A stretch of 64,000 nucleotides of DNA from assembly GCA_964453205.1 (NCBI GenBank), contig CAYVRC010000005.1, positions 12,421-76,420 on the forward strand. The letters are read 5' to 3'. The stretch is from an uncultured Pirellulaceae bacterium. GTDB lineage: Bacteria; Planctomycetota; Planctomycetia; Pirellulales; Pirellulaceae. The notes under the pieces are model-generated. The model did no database searches and was not told the origin of the DNA. It saw only the letters and a program-made list of their open reading frames with translations. Positions 63,266-64,000 of this stretch are shown piece after piece. The translations under genes and the position numbers were made by a program. Every line of letters begins with the position of its first letter. Position 1 is the stretch's first letter.

Positions 63266-64000
63266 CTAACGTCGTTGTTTGGTGGTGCAGAATTCGTCAA
63301 ACCTCAACCAGCGATCCTCTTCGGCTTGCCGACGGACATCGTCCTTCGCCTCTTTGCCGTCCTCGTCCTTGTCGCCTTTTTCTTTGGACAGGTTTTCCGA
63401 CAGGACCAGTTGGATCAACCGCCGGCGGAGCGATCGGTCACGTGATCGCAGCGCGGCATCATTTTCCAAGCTGAAGTAACAGCGACCATCGACCCACGTT
63501 TGCTCGCAGCGGCTGGTCGTCGACATCGGCGGCCCGCTCCAGATCACCAAGTCGGCGTCTTTTCCGACTTCGATCGAACCGACGCGGTCGTCGATGCGGA
63601 GCTGTCGGGCGGGATTCAGCGTGACGAATTTCAGGGCTTCTTGGGGCGGGACGCCGCCGTATTTCGTCGCCTTGGCCGCTTCGGTGTTCAGGTGACGCCC
63701 CAGTTCCCTGTCGTCGCTGTTGTAGGAAACCACGACGCCGGCGTCGTGCATCAAGACGCCGTTGTAGGGGATCGCATCGATGACTTCGAACTTGTAAGCC
63801 CACCAGTCCGAGAAGGAAGACCCCATCGCGCCGTGCTTGGCCATCGCGTCGGCGACTTTGTAGCCTTCCAAGATGTGCTGCAAAGTTCCGATCCGGATGC
63901 CGAACTCTTCCAAGACCGACAAAGTCGCCAGGATTTCGTCTTGGCGATAACTGTGGCAATGGATCCACCGCTCGCCACGCTGGATTTCGGCGAGCGCGTC
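63266..64000 (-). CDS. amidohydrolase-superfamily protein; the N-terminus lies beyond the right window edge
   Basis: Track ORF 63266..63922 starts at an internal TTG. My hand translation stays open to nt 64000 (...DALAEIQRGERWIHCHSYRQDEILATLSVLEEFGIRIGTLQH...). Other motifs are NSDDREL and GSIEVGKDADLVIWSG. The C-terminal tail is Lys/Asp/Glu-rich. Confidence 0.75.
   Translation of the reverse strand, partial: DALAEIQRGERWIHCHSYRQDEILATLSVLEEFGIRIGTLQHILEGYKVADAMAKHGAMGSSFSDWWAYKFEVIDAIPYNGVLMHDAGVVVSYNSDDRELGRHLNTEAAKATKYGGVPPQEALKFVTLNPARQLRIDDRVGSIEVGKDADLVIWSGPPMSTTSRCEQTWVDGRCYFSLENDAALRSRDRSLRRRLIQLVLSENLSKEKGDKDEDGKEAKDDVRRQAEEDRWLRFDEFCTTKQRR

Noticed and set aside
62327-63445. 372-aa + ORF opposite the amidohydrolase genes
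   Set aside because: It is an antisense shadow that spans the intergenic gap between two real minus-strand genes.
1-64000. Looked for rRNA, tRNA and CRISPR arrays, and for defence-type genes (nucleases, helicases, restriction-modification)
   Set aside because: I saw no regularly spaced direct repeats, no T-arm/anticodon-arm-like structures in the larger intergenic gaps (17786-18149, 37639-37909, 42829-43192, 48927-49536, 53526-53957, 58821-59777), and no such protein motifs. This was by eye only, so tRNAscan, Infernal and CRISPR finders should confirm it.

Overview
This is a high-GC bacterial chromosome segment. Hand counts of typical 60-nt lines give about 65% GC. The gene content looks like Planctomycetota, Pirellulaceae-type, but that is an inference from content and not a database hit. 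The supporting content is DUF1549/DUF1553+DUF1501 and DUF1592-family+DUF1552 gene pairs, two S1 sulfatases, an ECF sigma factor paired with a Ser/Thr kinase, LExLExR-type N-termini, dockerin-like tails and ThuA/DUF1080/PQQ-propeller proteins. I support about 46 protein-coding genes, two of them cut by the window edges. They are tightly packed, and many junctions have 1-4 nt stop/start overlaps. I saw no rRNA, tRNA or CRISPR array. Housekeeping genes include serC-serA, bioH-bioC, a TrmH-family methyltransferase and an EF-G paralog. The most interesting items are as follows. (1) A low-GC island at about 54.3-58.9 kb, bordered by an IS21-type transposase remnant, encodes a dockerin-bearing ELWxxDGT-repeat giant protein directly followed by a cohesin-like protein with a PEP-CTERM anchor. 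(2) A translationally coupled TPR-ExbB-ExbD cluster has a fourth gene with TonB/TolA-like architecture (N-terminal TM segments plus a ~450-aa Pro-rich linker), but its C-terminus is a prenyltransferase/terpene-cyclase-like alpha/alpha-toroid domain. An SPFH (stomatin-like) gene pair follows it. (3) One operon couples an exported ceramidase-like/LamG protein, a PRMT-like methyltransferase, BioH and BioC. All functional calls come from motif reading by eye, and none has been checked by a search.
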